Source: Patescibacteria group bacterium
GTDB lineage: Bacteria > Patescibacteriota > Patescibacteriia > UBA9570 > JAHJKD01
Reading direction: 5' to 3'
Assembly (NCBI GenBank): GCA_043798935.1
Contig: JAZDOC010000022.1
Span: 15,299 to 79,298 of the forward strand
DNA length: 64,000 nucleotides
In this document: positions 9,520-18,464 of the stretch, piece after piece
Layout of the letters: the number at the start of each line of letters is the position of its first letter
How positions within the stretch are numbered: position 1 is the first letter of the stretch
Made by a program: the position numbers and the translations under genes
Notes under the pieces: generated by a model
The model's database searches: none
What the model was told of the DNA's origin: nothing
Seen by the model: the letters and a program-made list of their open reading frames with translations, nothing else

Positions 9520-10601
9520 AAGTTTTTAATTAGTTCGTTTAAAAATAAATTATTAGTTTTTTTATCACGTACAGTGACACGGATTGAGTTTTTTATTTGG
9601 CTATTTCTATCACGGACAATAATGCCTTTTTTGGCTAATTTTTTGATTACGGGCTTTGAATTTTTATCTAACTGAATGAGTAAGAAATTGGCTTGAGAAT
9701 CGGCAAATTTAATATTATTGTTTAGTAGTATATTTTTTATGCGCTCTCTTTCTGATATCGTCTGCTTGATTGTTTTATAAATATTTTCTAGATCTTTTTT
9801 TAAAACCATTTTAGCAAGTTCCATGGAAAAATAAGGTATACCCATGGGAAATCTAATGCCGTCTAATTTAGTGGCTAGTTCTTGATTTGTCAGAACATAA
9901 CCAACCCGAGCCGAGGCAATGCGAGCAAATTTAGAAAAGCTTTTTAAAATAATTAAATTATTATATTTATTGATTAATTTTTTAAAAGATTTTCCGTAAA
10001 ATTCACCGTAGGCTTCGTCCACGACCACTAAAGCATTAGCTTTTTTAATAATATTCTCTATTTTTTTTGGTTCAGAAATTGTCCCGGTTGGATTATTGGG
10101 ATTACAGATAAAAATTAATTTTACGTTTTTATTTTTAGATTTCGCGATAATTTTTTTGTCATCAATTTGCCAATTTTTATCTAAGGGAATATCTTGGACT
10201 TTCCCGCTGACCAATTCGGATTGGATTTTATAGACTGAATAAGTCGGGGAGGATATGATAAAGCGATCATTATAGTTTAAACAACATTTAGCGATAATAT
10301 CAATCATTTCATCGCCACTGTTTCCGCACACTACTTGATTAGTTTTGCAATTTTCATATTTAGCAATTAGTATTTTTAGCTTTTCATAATCAAAATCTAA
10401 ATATTCGTTAACATCGCGTTTTTTTGAAATAACTTTAATAAAATCATCATAACAATCCGGTGGTGAAGCGGGCGTATTATAATCTAGCCTAATAATTTGT
10501 GCGGGTTTGAGATTATTTTTTTTCGCAATTTGTTCGGTAGTGTCTTCCCATGTGTAGGGAATTAAATTTTGAATTGATTTTTTTAAATATTTATTTAACA
10601 T
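9507..10601 (-). CDS. hisC: Histidinol-phosphate aminotransferase
   Basis: Class II aminotransferase with PLP-lysine region (SFSKFARIASARVGY). Position matches the operon order. Confidence 0.85.
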   Translation of the reverse strand: MLNKYLKKSIQNLIPYTWEDTTEQIAKKNNLKPAQIIRLDYNTPASPPDCYDDFIKVISKKRDVNEYLDFDYEKLKILIAKYENCKTNQVVCGNSGDEMIDIIAKCCLNYNDRFIISSPTYSVYKIQSELVSGKVQDIPLDKNWQIDDKKIIAKSKNKNVKLIFICNPNNPTGTISEPKKIENIIKKANALVVVDEAYGEFYGKSFKKLINKYNNLIILKSFSKFARIASARVGYVLTNQELATKLDGIRFPMGIPYFSMELAKMVLKKDLENIYKTIKQTISERERIKNILLNNNIKFADSQANFLLIQLDKNSKPVIKKLAKKGIIVRDRNSQIKNSIRVTVRDKKTNNLFLNELIKNLWKK

Positions 10602-10606
10602 ATATT

Positions 10607-11728
10607 TTAATCATTTTTAAATCTAATTTTAATAGCTTCAGCGTGCTTTGGTAATCCTTCGGTCTCGGCTAATTTAATAATATAGTCTTTTAATCCAGAT
10701 AATCCTGGTTCAGACACTTTTTGAAATTCGACCATTTTGCCGAAATCTTCAACACTAAGTGCTGAATAAACTTTTGCCCAGCTTGAAGTGGGCAGGGTGT
10801 GGTTGGGGCCGGTAATATAGTCGCCGGCCGGAACCGGAGAATACGAACCGATAAACACAGAGCCGGCATTCACAATTTTCGCAATAACTTGTTTTTCATT
10901 TTTAACAATTATTTCCAGATGTTCGGGTGCAAGTTCATTAATTTTTTTTATACCGGCATTAATATTTTTAATTAATATTTTTTTGCCTATTTTTATTTTT
11001 TTATACAGATTTTGATTTGTAGTAATTAACCACGCTTTAGTATCAGGACCATGTTCAAGTTGCGATGCTAAATCAGCTTGAATGAATTTTGGATTCGCTG
11101 TTTCATCAGCCAAAATTGCAATTTCTGACGGACCAGCCGGCATGTCGATAGCGACATCTTGTGAAACCAGCATTTTAGCTTGCATAACATATTTATTTCC
11201 GGGACCAAAAATTTTTTGCACTCGCGGAACGCATTTTGTGCCATACGTCATGGCCGCGATTGCCTGGGCTCCACCAACTTGAAATATTTCCGTGATACCG
11301 ACGATGTCGGCCGCCACTAATATTGCATCGGAAATAGGCGGCGGTGAACATAATACAATTTTTGTGCAACCTGCAATTTTAGCGGGCACGCCCAGCATTA
11401 ATACAGTTGAAGGGTAAGTGGCCAGACCACCCGGAACATAAAGCCCAATTTTTTCTATGGGTCGAAATTCACGCCAACATTTAACCCCGGCTGATGTCTC
11501 GATAGTTCTTTCTTTTTTAATTAAAATATTTTCATTAAATTTATCGATATTTTTTTTGGCTATTTTTAAAGCCTCAATAAAATATGCATCAACATTTAAA
11601 TAAGCTGATTTAATTTGGCTCGGTGCCACTTTAATATTAGTTAATTTAATTTTATCAAACTTAAGTGTGTATTTTTTTATAGCTTTGTCGCCGTTTAATT
11701 TTACGTCTTGTATAATTTTAGTAATCAT
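10607..11728 (-). CDS. hisD: Histidinol dehydrogenase
   Basis: HisD family motifs (GPGNKYV, LEHGPD). Confidence 0.9.
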   Translation of the reverse strand: MITKIIQDVKLNGDKAIKKYTLKFDKIKLTNIKVAPSQIKSAYLNVDAYFIEALKIAKKNIDKFNENILIKKERTIETSAGVKCWREFRPIEKIGLYVPGGLATYPSTVLMLGVPAKIAGCTKIVLCSPPPISDAILVAADIVGITEIFQVGGAQAIAAMTYGTKCVPRVQKIFGPGNKYVMQAKMLVSQDVAIDMPAGPSEIAILADETANPKFIQADLASQLEHGPDTKAWLITTNQNLYKKIKIGKKILIKNINAGIKKINELAPEHLEIIVKNEKQVIAKIVNAGSVFIGSYSPVPAGDYITGPNHTLPTSSWAKVYSALSVEDFGKMVEFQKVSEPGLSGLKDYIIKLAETEGLPKHAEAIKIRFKND

Positions 11729-11729
11729 A

Positions 11730-12593
11730 TTATTTAATTATTTTTTCAATCGGCACGACCAGTATGCCTGAAGCGCCGGCTTTTTTTAGCTTTTCAATAA
11801 CTTCCCAAAAAACTTCTTCTTCAACTACTGAATGCAAGGCCACCATTGATGTGTCATTTAAAGCAACTATTGAAGGGCTATCTAATCCGGGAATTAATGA
11901 AACTATTTTTCTTAAATTTTTTACTGGTGCATTAAGCATGATGTATTTTGTCCGTCCAGCTTTCACCACACTTTTAATTCGCATTGTTAATCTGGCAATT
12001 TGTTGCTCTTTCCATTTATTACGTAAAGAATTTTTATCAGCAATCAAAACAGCTTGAGAATTAAAAATTTTAAAACAAGAACTTAGGCCGTTATTAGCTA
12101 AAGTGTTGCCGCTGGAAACAATGTCGCAAATGCAATCAGCTACTTTAGCTGACGGTGCAATTTCTACTGAACCCGATAATTTAATAATTTCAGCTTTAAT
12201 TTTATTTTGTTTTAAAAAATTATTTAAGCAATTAGTATAAGTGGTTGCGATTTTTAGATTATTTATTTTATTTACATTATCTATTTTTTTATTTTTTGGA
12301 CACGCAATATTCAACGAACAAAAGCCAAAATTAAGTTCAGTTAAAATTTTTACATCTACTTGTTTTTCAAATATCACATCTTGGCCCACAATACCCATAT
12401 CTACAGTTCCATCGGCCACATACTCGGGAATATCGTCATCGCGAATAAATAAAATTTCCAGCGGAAAATTCCGACAGCGCGAACAGAGTTTGCGTTTATA
12501 AATTTCAAACTCAAGGCCAGCTTGTTTTAGAAGCTCTAAACTTTTTTCCGACAAACGGCCTTTTTGTTGAATTGCAATTTTTAATGTTTTCAT
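11730..12593 (-). CDS. hisG: ATP phosphoribosyltransferase (long form)
   Basis: At 287 aa this is a long-form HisG with the C-terminal regulatory domain. It is the first gene of the operon. Confidence 0.85.
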   Translation of the reverse strand: MKTLKIAIQQKGRLSEKSLELLKQAGLEFEIYKRKLCSRCRNFPLEILFIRDDDIPEYVADGTVDMGIVGQDVIFEKQVDVKILTELNFGFCSLNIACPKNKKIDNVNKINNLKIATTYTNCLNNFLKQNKIKAEIIKLSGSVEIAPSAKVADCICDIVSSGNTLANNGLSSCFKIFNSQAVLIADKNSLRNKWKEQQIARLTMRIKSVVKAGRTKYIMLNAPVKNLRKIVSLIPGLDSPSIVALNDTSMVALHSVVEEEVFWEVIEKLKKAGASGILVVPIEKIIK

Positions 12594-12609
12594 AATATTT
12601 GTAAATAAT

Positions 12610-12640
12610 AAAAAAAATACCCCATGAAAGGGGTAATGTT
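12610..12640 (-). terminator. his attenuator terminator hairpin (tacccc-tttcat-ggggta followed by a T8 run) just upstream of hisG
   Basis: On the minus strand the hairpin plus U-run lies 17 nt before the hisG ATG. A competing antiterminator, gaaagggg pairing with cccctttc, overlaps the leader stop codon. Confidence 0.6.
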
Positions 12641-12673
12641 ATTGAAACTTATTTTAGTTTAATATATTAAAAA

Positions 12674-12733
12674 TCACCCCTTTCGATAGAAATGGTGATG
12701 ATGATGTAAAACTGAAGTTAATAATTTAATCAT
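12674..12733 (-). CDS. hisL: Histidine operon leader peptide (MIKLLTSVLHHHHHFYRKG)
   Basis: A 19-codon ORF with five consecutive His codons (CAT CAT CAT CAC CAT), followed by alternative hairpins and a terminator. It is absent from the ORF track because it falls below the length cutoff. Confidence 0.65.
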   Translation of the reverse strand: MIKLLTSVLHHHHHFYRKG

Positions 12734-12887
12734 ATTTTTTTTACAGATTATTTTATAATAATCTTTTATGTTAGCGCATTAATATAGTGCGAGAAGCATT
12801 TCTATATTAATACGTTAACACAGAAAGTTACTATAACTTAAGCATAATAGTCTATATTTATCGACTTGTCAAATTTGCGATTATTAT

Positions 12888-12930
12888 AGCCCTGCCCTTT
12901 ATGGGTGTGGGCTTATAATTAAATATTAAT
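12888..12930 (-). repeat. Family A repeat, degenerate partial copy carrying the first hairpin only
   Basis: agccctgccctttatgggtgtgggcttataattaaatatt matches the core of the A3 copy. The flank ttatagagcct is shared with the region at 5806..5826. Confidence 0.45.
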
Positions 12931-13045
12931 ATAATACCAAATTATTCATTAGTTTTGCTCTACATTGTTTATTATAGAGCCTATTATTCTTGCCTGTATT
13001 CAAGTTTTACTATATAATAAACTCATTATTATTAATGTTAAAAAA

Positions 13046-13267
13046 ATGAAAAAAGTATTATTTTTAGGAGCCGCTTTGTTATTATTAGCCGGCTGTGCTA
13101 CAACCGATTCGAGCGATACAAACACCAATGCTACTGCAAACACTAATTCAGCTGCTACTGTTTCTACAGATGTAAACGTAGGTGAAGAAGGTGCAGCAGT
13201 TGGTGCCAGTATAACTATTGGTGGTAATACCAACACTGTAGAAACCAACACAAACGTAGAAGACTAA
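13046..13267 (+). CDS. Small T/N-rich lipoprotein (LAG|C lipobox)
   Basis: MKKVLFLGAALLLLAGC signal. The ORF track begins earlier at 12965, but the internal ATG with a signal peptide is the likelier start. Confidence 0.5.
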   Translation: MKKVLFLGAALLLLAGCATTDSSDTNTNATANTNSAATVSTDVNVGEEGAAVGASITIGGNTNTVETNTNVED

Positions 13268-13294
13268 ATTTACAACCAGAAAAACTTCATAAAT

Positions 13295-13329
13295 AAGGCT
13301 TTAATACAGATATTAAAGCCTTATTTTTA
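13295..13329 (+). terminator. Intrinsic terminator (aaggctttaata-caga-tattaaagcctt followed by a T-run)
   Basis: A 12 bp stem followed by atttttat. Confidence 0.5.
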
Positions 13330-13396
13330 TATTTGTAATAATTTAATTTTTAATAAAATTTGTTAAAATTAAAGTTTTAGATTATATTGTAGGCAA

Positions 13397-14348
13397 ATGA
13401 AATCACTAGGGCAAAAAAAATCGCATTAATTTATGCCGGTGGCGCCGAGTTTGCGCTCGGTTTTAACGAAACGCTTTTAAAAAGTGGATTGATAATTTTT
13501 TTGAATTCCAGATGATGGCTGAAGTCGAGCCGTTTTTTGTGTTTCATGGCGCGGGTAGTGATGTAAGTTGGTCTTTAGCATCTAACATTGCCAAAGTAAT
13601 AAAAGAGCAACATGAAAATTATGATGGGTTTATAATTACCCACAGCCTGGATAATATAGTTTATACCAGTTCACTTTTGTCATTCATGATTCAAAATTCG
13701 ACTAAGCCTATTATTTTTACAGCTTCGGTTATTCCCGATGAAACAGCTAAAGAATTCATATCGCCACGCCAAGGCATGTATTTCGGAGAATTTGAAACAC
13801 TTAATTTGCGGGCCGGTTTAATAAATACGGTGCAAATTGCCACCATGGATATTGCTGAAATCGGCATTGTAATCGGTAATCATTTAATGCGCGCCGTGCA
13901 ATTTGAACCCAAATGGCTGGCGTATAATGGTTGCATCGATGCAGAAAGAAAAAGTTTTTTAGCCAAAATTCAGTTTGGAATTCATTTAGCTTCTCATGCT
14001 ACCAAACGGTCGAAAGGCACACCTGATTTTAATCTCAAGTATAACGGGCGTATCAAAGCTGTAAGTGTTTATCCGGACGCAACGCTATCTAATGATTTTA
14101 ATGACATAGACGGCATATTTATTATTGCCGGGCAAGAACAATTAGTTCCGAGCTCTTGGCAGCTACCTGCAAATATTCCAATTTGTGCGTATTCAACCGG
14201 TAATAACAAAAAATTCAATAATATTATTACTTGCGATTCCATGGTTACGGAAGCGGCTATTTCTAAATTTGTTTGGACACTGGGGCAGAGTAAAAATATA
14301 AAAGAAATTAAGAAAATAATGTCTAAAAATATCGTCGGTGAATATTGA
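13397..14348 (+). pseudogene. Type I L-asparaginase (AnsA-like) that appears to be decaying: a frameshifted 5' end and substituted catalytic threonines
   Basis: The body 13512..14348 aligns with AnsA (DGFIITHSLDNIVYTSSLLSFMIQNSTKPIIFTAS against the hGTDTmaYTasaLSFMleNlgKPvivTgS consensus). The N-terminal motif KIALIYAGGA (compare TGGT) is encoded upstream in another frame. Two -1 shifts at A8 (13413-13420) and T7 (13496-13502) are needed to join the pieces. Confidence 0.5.
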
Positions 14349-14974
14349 TTATGATTATTTATCTATTTGATCAACAAAAAACCGCCCTGTCTGATTTTTT
14401 AAATCAGAGCGATATTGAGTTGCGGCAAAAATCGCAAGACTCGGGAAATATTGAAACCTGGGATCAAATGGGTATGAATCCGCTCGAGCGCATTGATGCC
14501 ATGATTTTAGAAATTACTGAAACTAATTCGCAGATAAATTATTTATTGGCGCAAGCAATATTACTTCATAAAAATACTTTGTGTCTGTATCGAAAAAATA
14601 ATCCACCCCGGCAGTTATTATTATATTTAAAGAAGAAAAACGTACCACGTTGCTTGCAAGTAAAAGCATATAGCGAAGCGGCATTAAAAGATTTATTTTT
14701 AAAATTTGTTAAAAATATTAAACCCCATATTCAGATTGCCGAGACTCCGCATATTAAATATACTCTGCGTATGACAGAAAATATTGAAAAATATTTAAAC
14801 TGGAAAAGCAAACAAGCCAAATTAAATAAGGCCGATTTCATTCGTGATGAAATTAATCGCATGGCCGAAGCAGATGAAGAATATAATAAGTGGTTAAAAA
14901 TATTAAATGATTCATTTGACAGAAATTTTATTTTTGATAAAATGTTTTTGAAAATAGAGGCGTCACTTTTTTAG
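14345..14974 (+). CDS. Hypothetical protein (209 aa)
   Basis: Open frame with start and stop overlap (ATGA) to the asparaginase-like gene. No recognizable motifs. Confidence 0.4.
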   Translation: MIMIIYLFDQQKTALSDFLNQSDIELRQKSQDSGNIETWDQMGMNPLERIDAMILEITETNSQINYLLAQAILLHKNTLCLYRKNNPPRQLLLYLKKKNVPRCLQVKAYSEAALKDLFLKFVKNIKPHIQIAETPHIKYTLRMTENIEKYLNWKSKQAKLNKADFIRDEINRMAEADEEYNKWLKILNDSFDRNFIFDKMFLKIEASLF

Positions 14975-15056
14975 AGGCGTCTCTATTTTTTTTAAACAGG
15001 TCATGAAAATTGTTTCTGACCAAATAAATCAAGGATTTTTGTGGCGGAACGTATAG

Positions 15057-15106
15057 GGAGCCGTCGCAAAAAACCTGTTGACAACTTAATGCCAAGGCCG
15101 TATATG
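15057..15106 (+). promoter_or_regulatory. Family C motif 1 (gagccgtcgcaaaaaacctgTTGACA-17-TATATG), a putative promoter with an upstream operator, before ssb
   Basis: The same 26-nt block including a -35 box recurs at 20836..20861. Confidence 0.4.
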
Positions 15107-15214
15107 CTTCTCTGTGGAAAGAAGAGCGCCCTCTATTTTTCACTATTTAATTAACACGGCTTTGGTTAACAACAACAAATTTAAATATAATTATTAAAAA
15201 TTAACATTCAAATT

Positions 15215-15622
15215 ATGGATTTGAATCAAGCGACTCTTATCGGGAATGTGGCACGTGACCCCGAAACAAAGACTTTAACCTCGGGCCAAAAAGTGACCAA
15301 GGCAACTTTAGCTACAAATTATGCCTGGAAAGACAAACAAACCGGTGAAAAAAAATCAAAAGCTGATTTTCACACCGTTGTGGGCTGGAATGGAATTGGT
15401 CAAAACATGGCTGATTATTTAAAAAAAGGCGACAAAGTATACTTTGCCGGAAGAATTAATAATTCCTCGTGGGAAGGCAAAGATGGACAGAAAAAGTATT
15501 ATACCGACATTATCGCCAGCAAAATGATTATGTTAGGTCATGCTAGCAAAAAAGAAGAAGTTGAAGACAAAGTTCAGGAAACACAAATTGTGGAAGAGGA
15601 TAATGGGGAGAATCCTTTTTAA
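15215..15622 (+). CDS. ssb: Single-stranded DNA-binding protein
   Basis: OB-fold SSB N-terminus (LNQATLIGNVARDPE...FHTVVGWN) with an acidic C-terminal tail (EEDNGENPF). Confidence 0.85.
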   Translation: MDLNQATLIGNVARDPETKTLTSGQKVTKATLATNYAWKDKQTGEKKSKADFHTVVGWNGIGQNMADYLKKGDKVYFAGRINNSSWEGKDGQKKYYTDIIASKMIMLGHASKKEEVEDKVQETQIVEEDNGENPF

Positions 15623-15678
15623 CAAATATTAGTGTAGAGAAGCGCCATGGTTGTTGTACTATAGAAACACCTACATAA

Positions 15679-15708
15679 TGTAGAGACGCGCCATGGCGCG
15701 TCTCTACA
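15679..15708. terminator. Family B perfect 30-bp palindrome tgtagagacgcgccatggcgcgtctctaca, a likely terminator after ssb
   Basis: Perfect palindrome with a degenerate half-copy at 15633..15650. The same palindrome recurs at 20683..20712. Confidence 0.5.
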
Positions 15709-15788
15709 TTTTCACAAAAACACGAATTTTAACAATTACAACAACGGGTTTTGACACTATTATTTTTAAATAATATAATAACATTCCT

Positions 15789-16136
15789 ATGACCAAACAA
15801 GACAAAATATTACACATTTTGGAACAGCATTCTAAAATGTTTAAAAAAAACGATTTAAGTTTTAAAAAAATTGATTCAAAGTTCGATAAAATAGACATTA
15901 AATTTCGCGGTATTGATAATAAGCTTGATATTCACATGGCACAAATAATAAAAAATACTGAAGATATAGATTGGATTAAAAAAAATATGGTTACCAAAGC
16001 CGACCATCAAGATGTTTTGAATATATTAGATAGTATCTCCACAACTGTTAATATAATCAGGCAAGATCATTACTCGGCGATTGAATGGTTAAAGCGACAT
16101 GAATTAAGAATAACTAACATCGAATCAAAAATCTAA
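15789..16136 (+). CDS. Hypothetical coiled-coil protein (115 aa)
   Basis: Open frame only. Confidence 0.35.
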   Translation: MTKQDKILHILEQHSKMFKKNDLSFKKIDSKFDKIDIKFRGIDNKLDIHMAQIIKNTEDIDWIKKNMVTKADHQDVLNILDSISTTVNIIRQDHYSAIEWLKRHELRITNIESKI

Positions 16137-16294
16137 AAATTGTTATCCCCAGACGGCGCTAGCAGAATTTAATTTGCTAATTTAAAGCAAAAAATAATAT
16201 CAAAACAGAGACGGCTCTGCTTTGACGACGGCTAGGTAAAGATCTATGATTTTAATATAGAAAATATAATTTAATAATAATTTTAAAAAACAAT

Positions 16295-17518
16295 ATGAAA
16301 AAAATATTATTTGCCATAATGTTTTTAATTCTTCCTGTGTTAGTTTCAGCAGAGTTTGATTTTAATCAAGATGCATATGAATTTGGCGATTACTCTGTTG
16401 TTAGCGAATTGGTTCAATTTAATAATTCTGAAACCGTATATTATTTAGCCAAGATTGAAATCAGCGGAGTAGTTTATTATGATTTATTAAAATATAATTC
16501 AAAATATACCGAACCAAAAAAAGTGCATCGTTTTAGCAATAAAGATTTTGATATCAGCAATAAAACAGGCACAACTAGCGGTTTTGAAATAAAAAAAATA
16601 AATAACAAATTATATATTTTTAATAAAGCATTTAATTTTCGAAATAATAAAAAAACAGTTTATTCTTTAAATAAAAAAAATAATCTTAAAAAACGAGCTA
16701 TTAAAACAAATTTCAGTAAACGTTCTTTTATTAGCAACTCATTTAAATTTAATAAAGAATTATTTATTGTTTTCTTCTCTTTAACCAATGAAGCTCATAA
16801 ATATAATTTACATATTTATAAAACCAAGGACGGAATTACATGGGAACATTTAGAACCGCAGGTTTTTAAAAAAACAACTGGCTATTCTGTTATCTCAAAA
16901 AAGATTGGATCATCATTATTTTTTCAAATTGTCGAAGATGCTGATAATTTATATTTATATCAAAACAACGATTTTGTGAAATTGGCAGATGATACTAAAC
17001 TAGAAAAAAGTTTTGCATGGACTGAAGTTTTTAACACAAATACACCAGTAGTAGTTAAAAGTGGTTATAAGTTAAAATATTATCAAAATAACGCATGGAA
17101 CGATACAATTCAAAATAAAATAAACGAAGTTAATGCTAACAATAAAATGGTAGTAGCTGCGAGCAGAAAAGATGACTCTTGGGTTGTGTCCACAAATTTA
17201 AAAAATTTTTATAAAAAAGAATTAAATAAAGAACAGTTAGAAAAATTATACATAGATGATATTAATTATATTCTTGAAATTAGAAAGTTCAATAATAAAA
17301 TAGGCTTATTTACAAACTTAAAGGCATTATCCGATCATTATTCATATCCAAACTACAAGCATATATTTATAAGTGGAAATGGGAAAGATTGGAAATATAT
17401 TAGAGCCAAAACATATAATTTTGTGTCTTATAAAAATAAATTGATATTTCCAAATTATTTTCTTAATTATAATAATTTACAAAATATTGATATAAATTCA
17501 ACTAAAATTAATAAATAA
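16295..17518 (+). CDS. Secreted hypothetical protein (signal peptide), K/N-rich
   Basis: MKKILFAIMFLILPVLVSA signal peptide. No recognizable domain. Confidence 0.5.
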   Translation: MKKILFAIMFLILPVLVSAEFDFNQDAYEFGDYSVVSELVQFNNSETVYYLAKIEISGVVYYDLLKYNSKYTEPKKVHRFSNKDFDISNKTGTTSGFEIKKINNKLYIFNKAFNFRNNKKTVYSLNKKNNLKKRAIKTNFSKRSFISNSFKFNKELFIVFFSLTNEAHKYNLHIYKTKDGITWEHLEPQVFKKTTGYSVISKKIGSSLFFQIVEDADNLYLYQNNDFVKLADDTKLEKSFAWTEVFNTNTPVVVKSGYKLKYYQNNAWNDTIQNKINEVNANNKMVVAASRKDDSWVVSTNLKNFYKKELNKEQLEKLYIDDINYILEIRKFNNKIGLFTNLKALSDHYSYPNYKHIFISGNGKDWKYIRAKTYNFVSYKNKLIFPNYFLNYNNLQNIDINSTKINK

Positions 17519-17544
17519 TCAAATTAAAATAATTAAAAACAATT

Positions 17545-18201
17545 ATGAAAAAAATTTTATTATTCACAACTGTTTTGGCACTAATGCTTACCGGTTGTGC
17601 AACAAATCAAAATCAAGCAGTTCAAAATCAACCTACTAACGTTGTTGCCGAACAAAGTAATGATACGGCCACTGTTAATACTAACACCGACGTTCAAGTG
17701 AAAGTCGTCGCTTCAGCTAGCGAAACCGATGCCACTTCTGACTGGCAAACTCATAGTAATGATAATTATGGATTTTCATTTAAAGCGCCAAGCGAATTTA
17801 TTATTGATGAAGAGAAAAAAGGTGACGGGTATTATTATAATTTAGAGGCTAACGATGAAGATATAAAAATTACAGCTCCAATATTTATAATTCTTAAAAA
17901 AGATAGCGAAGGATTAAATTTATCTGATTGGGCTAAAAAGAATGTAGATGTGAATAATAAATTAAGTTTTCCAGAATACAAAACCAAATCTGGCGTTAAC
18001 GGAATTTCTATGTCTGGCGCAACAGATCTAGCTGATTATGGAAACTACGCTTATTATTCTTATTTTTTCAAAAAAGGAAATTATATTTATGCAGTAGCGG
18101 CTGGTTCGCAAGATCATTCGTTTATTGAAAGTTATAATTACAACAATGATGAAATAATTAGTGCTATATTGAATAGTTTTGATTTTGTTGATGGTTTATA
18201 A
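17545..18201 (+). CDS. Lipoprotein (LTG|C), paralogous to the lipoprotein at 4395..5444
   Basis: MKKILLFTTVLALMLTGC lipobox. Shares the GFSFKAPSEF and FSYP-type motif. Confidence 0.55.
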   Translation: MKKILLFTTVLALMLTGCATNQNQAVQNQPTNVVAEQSNDTATVNTNTDVQVKVVASASETDATSDWQTHSNDNYGFSFKAPSEFIIDEEKKGDGYYYNLEANDEDIKITAPIFIILKKDSEGLNLSDWAKKNVDVNNKLSFPEYKTKSGVNGISMSGATDLADYGNYAYYSYFFKKGNYIYAVAAGSQDHSFIESYNYNNDEIISAILNSFDFVDGL

Positions 18202-18410
18202 ATTTATTCGAATACTATTAACTGGCAAAATATTTAGCGAAATTATTAGATATATTAAATACTAACCCTGTTTTTACTGAATATAAGTGAAGAAATAATA
18301 ATTATTAATAATAAAGTAGTGATAAATATAGAAATATTAAAGTAATTTTGAGTTCCGCTTTTCCCTAAGTCATATTAGGGAAAAAAATGAGCTCACAATC
18401 CGTACAACCC

Positions 18411-18444
18411 GAATTTTGCACGTGAGTTCTGTAGTGCAAAATTC
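18411..18444 (+). promoter_or_regulatory. Perfect 11-bp-stem hairpin (gaattttgcac...gtgcaaaattc) immediately 5' of the island gene's RBS. A second hairpin lies at 18361..18382.
   Basis: An inverted repeat seen directly. It ends 8 nt before the AGAAGGAGAAAGGACC-ATG. Confidence 0.3.
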
Positions 18445-18464
18445 TTTCAGAAGGAGAAAGGACC

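Noticed and set aside
12674-12676. The idea that TGA or TAA is recoded (an alternative genetic code), which could explain the sigma-factor stop or extend the his leader
   Set aside because: TAA, TAG and TGA all sit at clean, homolog-consistent gene ends throughout the window, with compact overlaps such as ATGA. Nothing suggests systematic reassignment.
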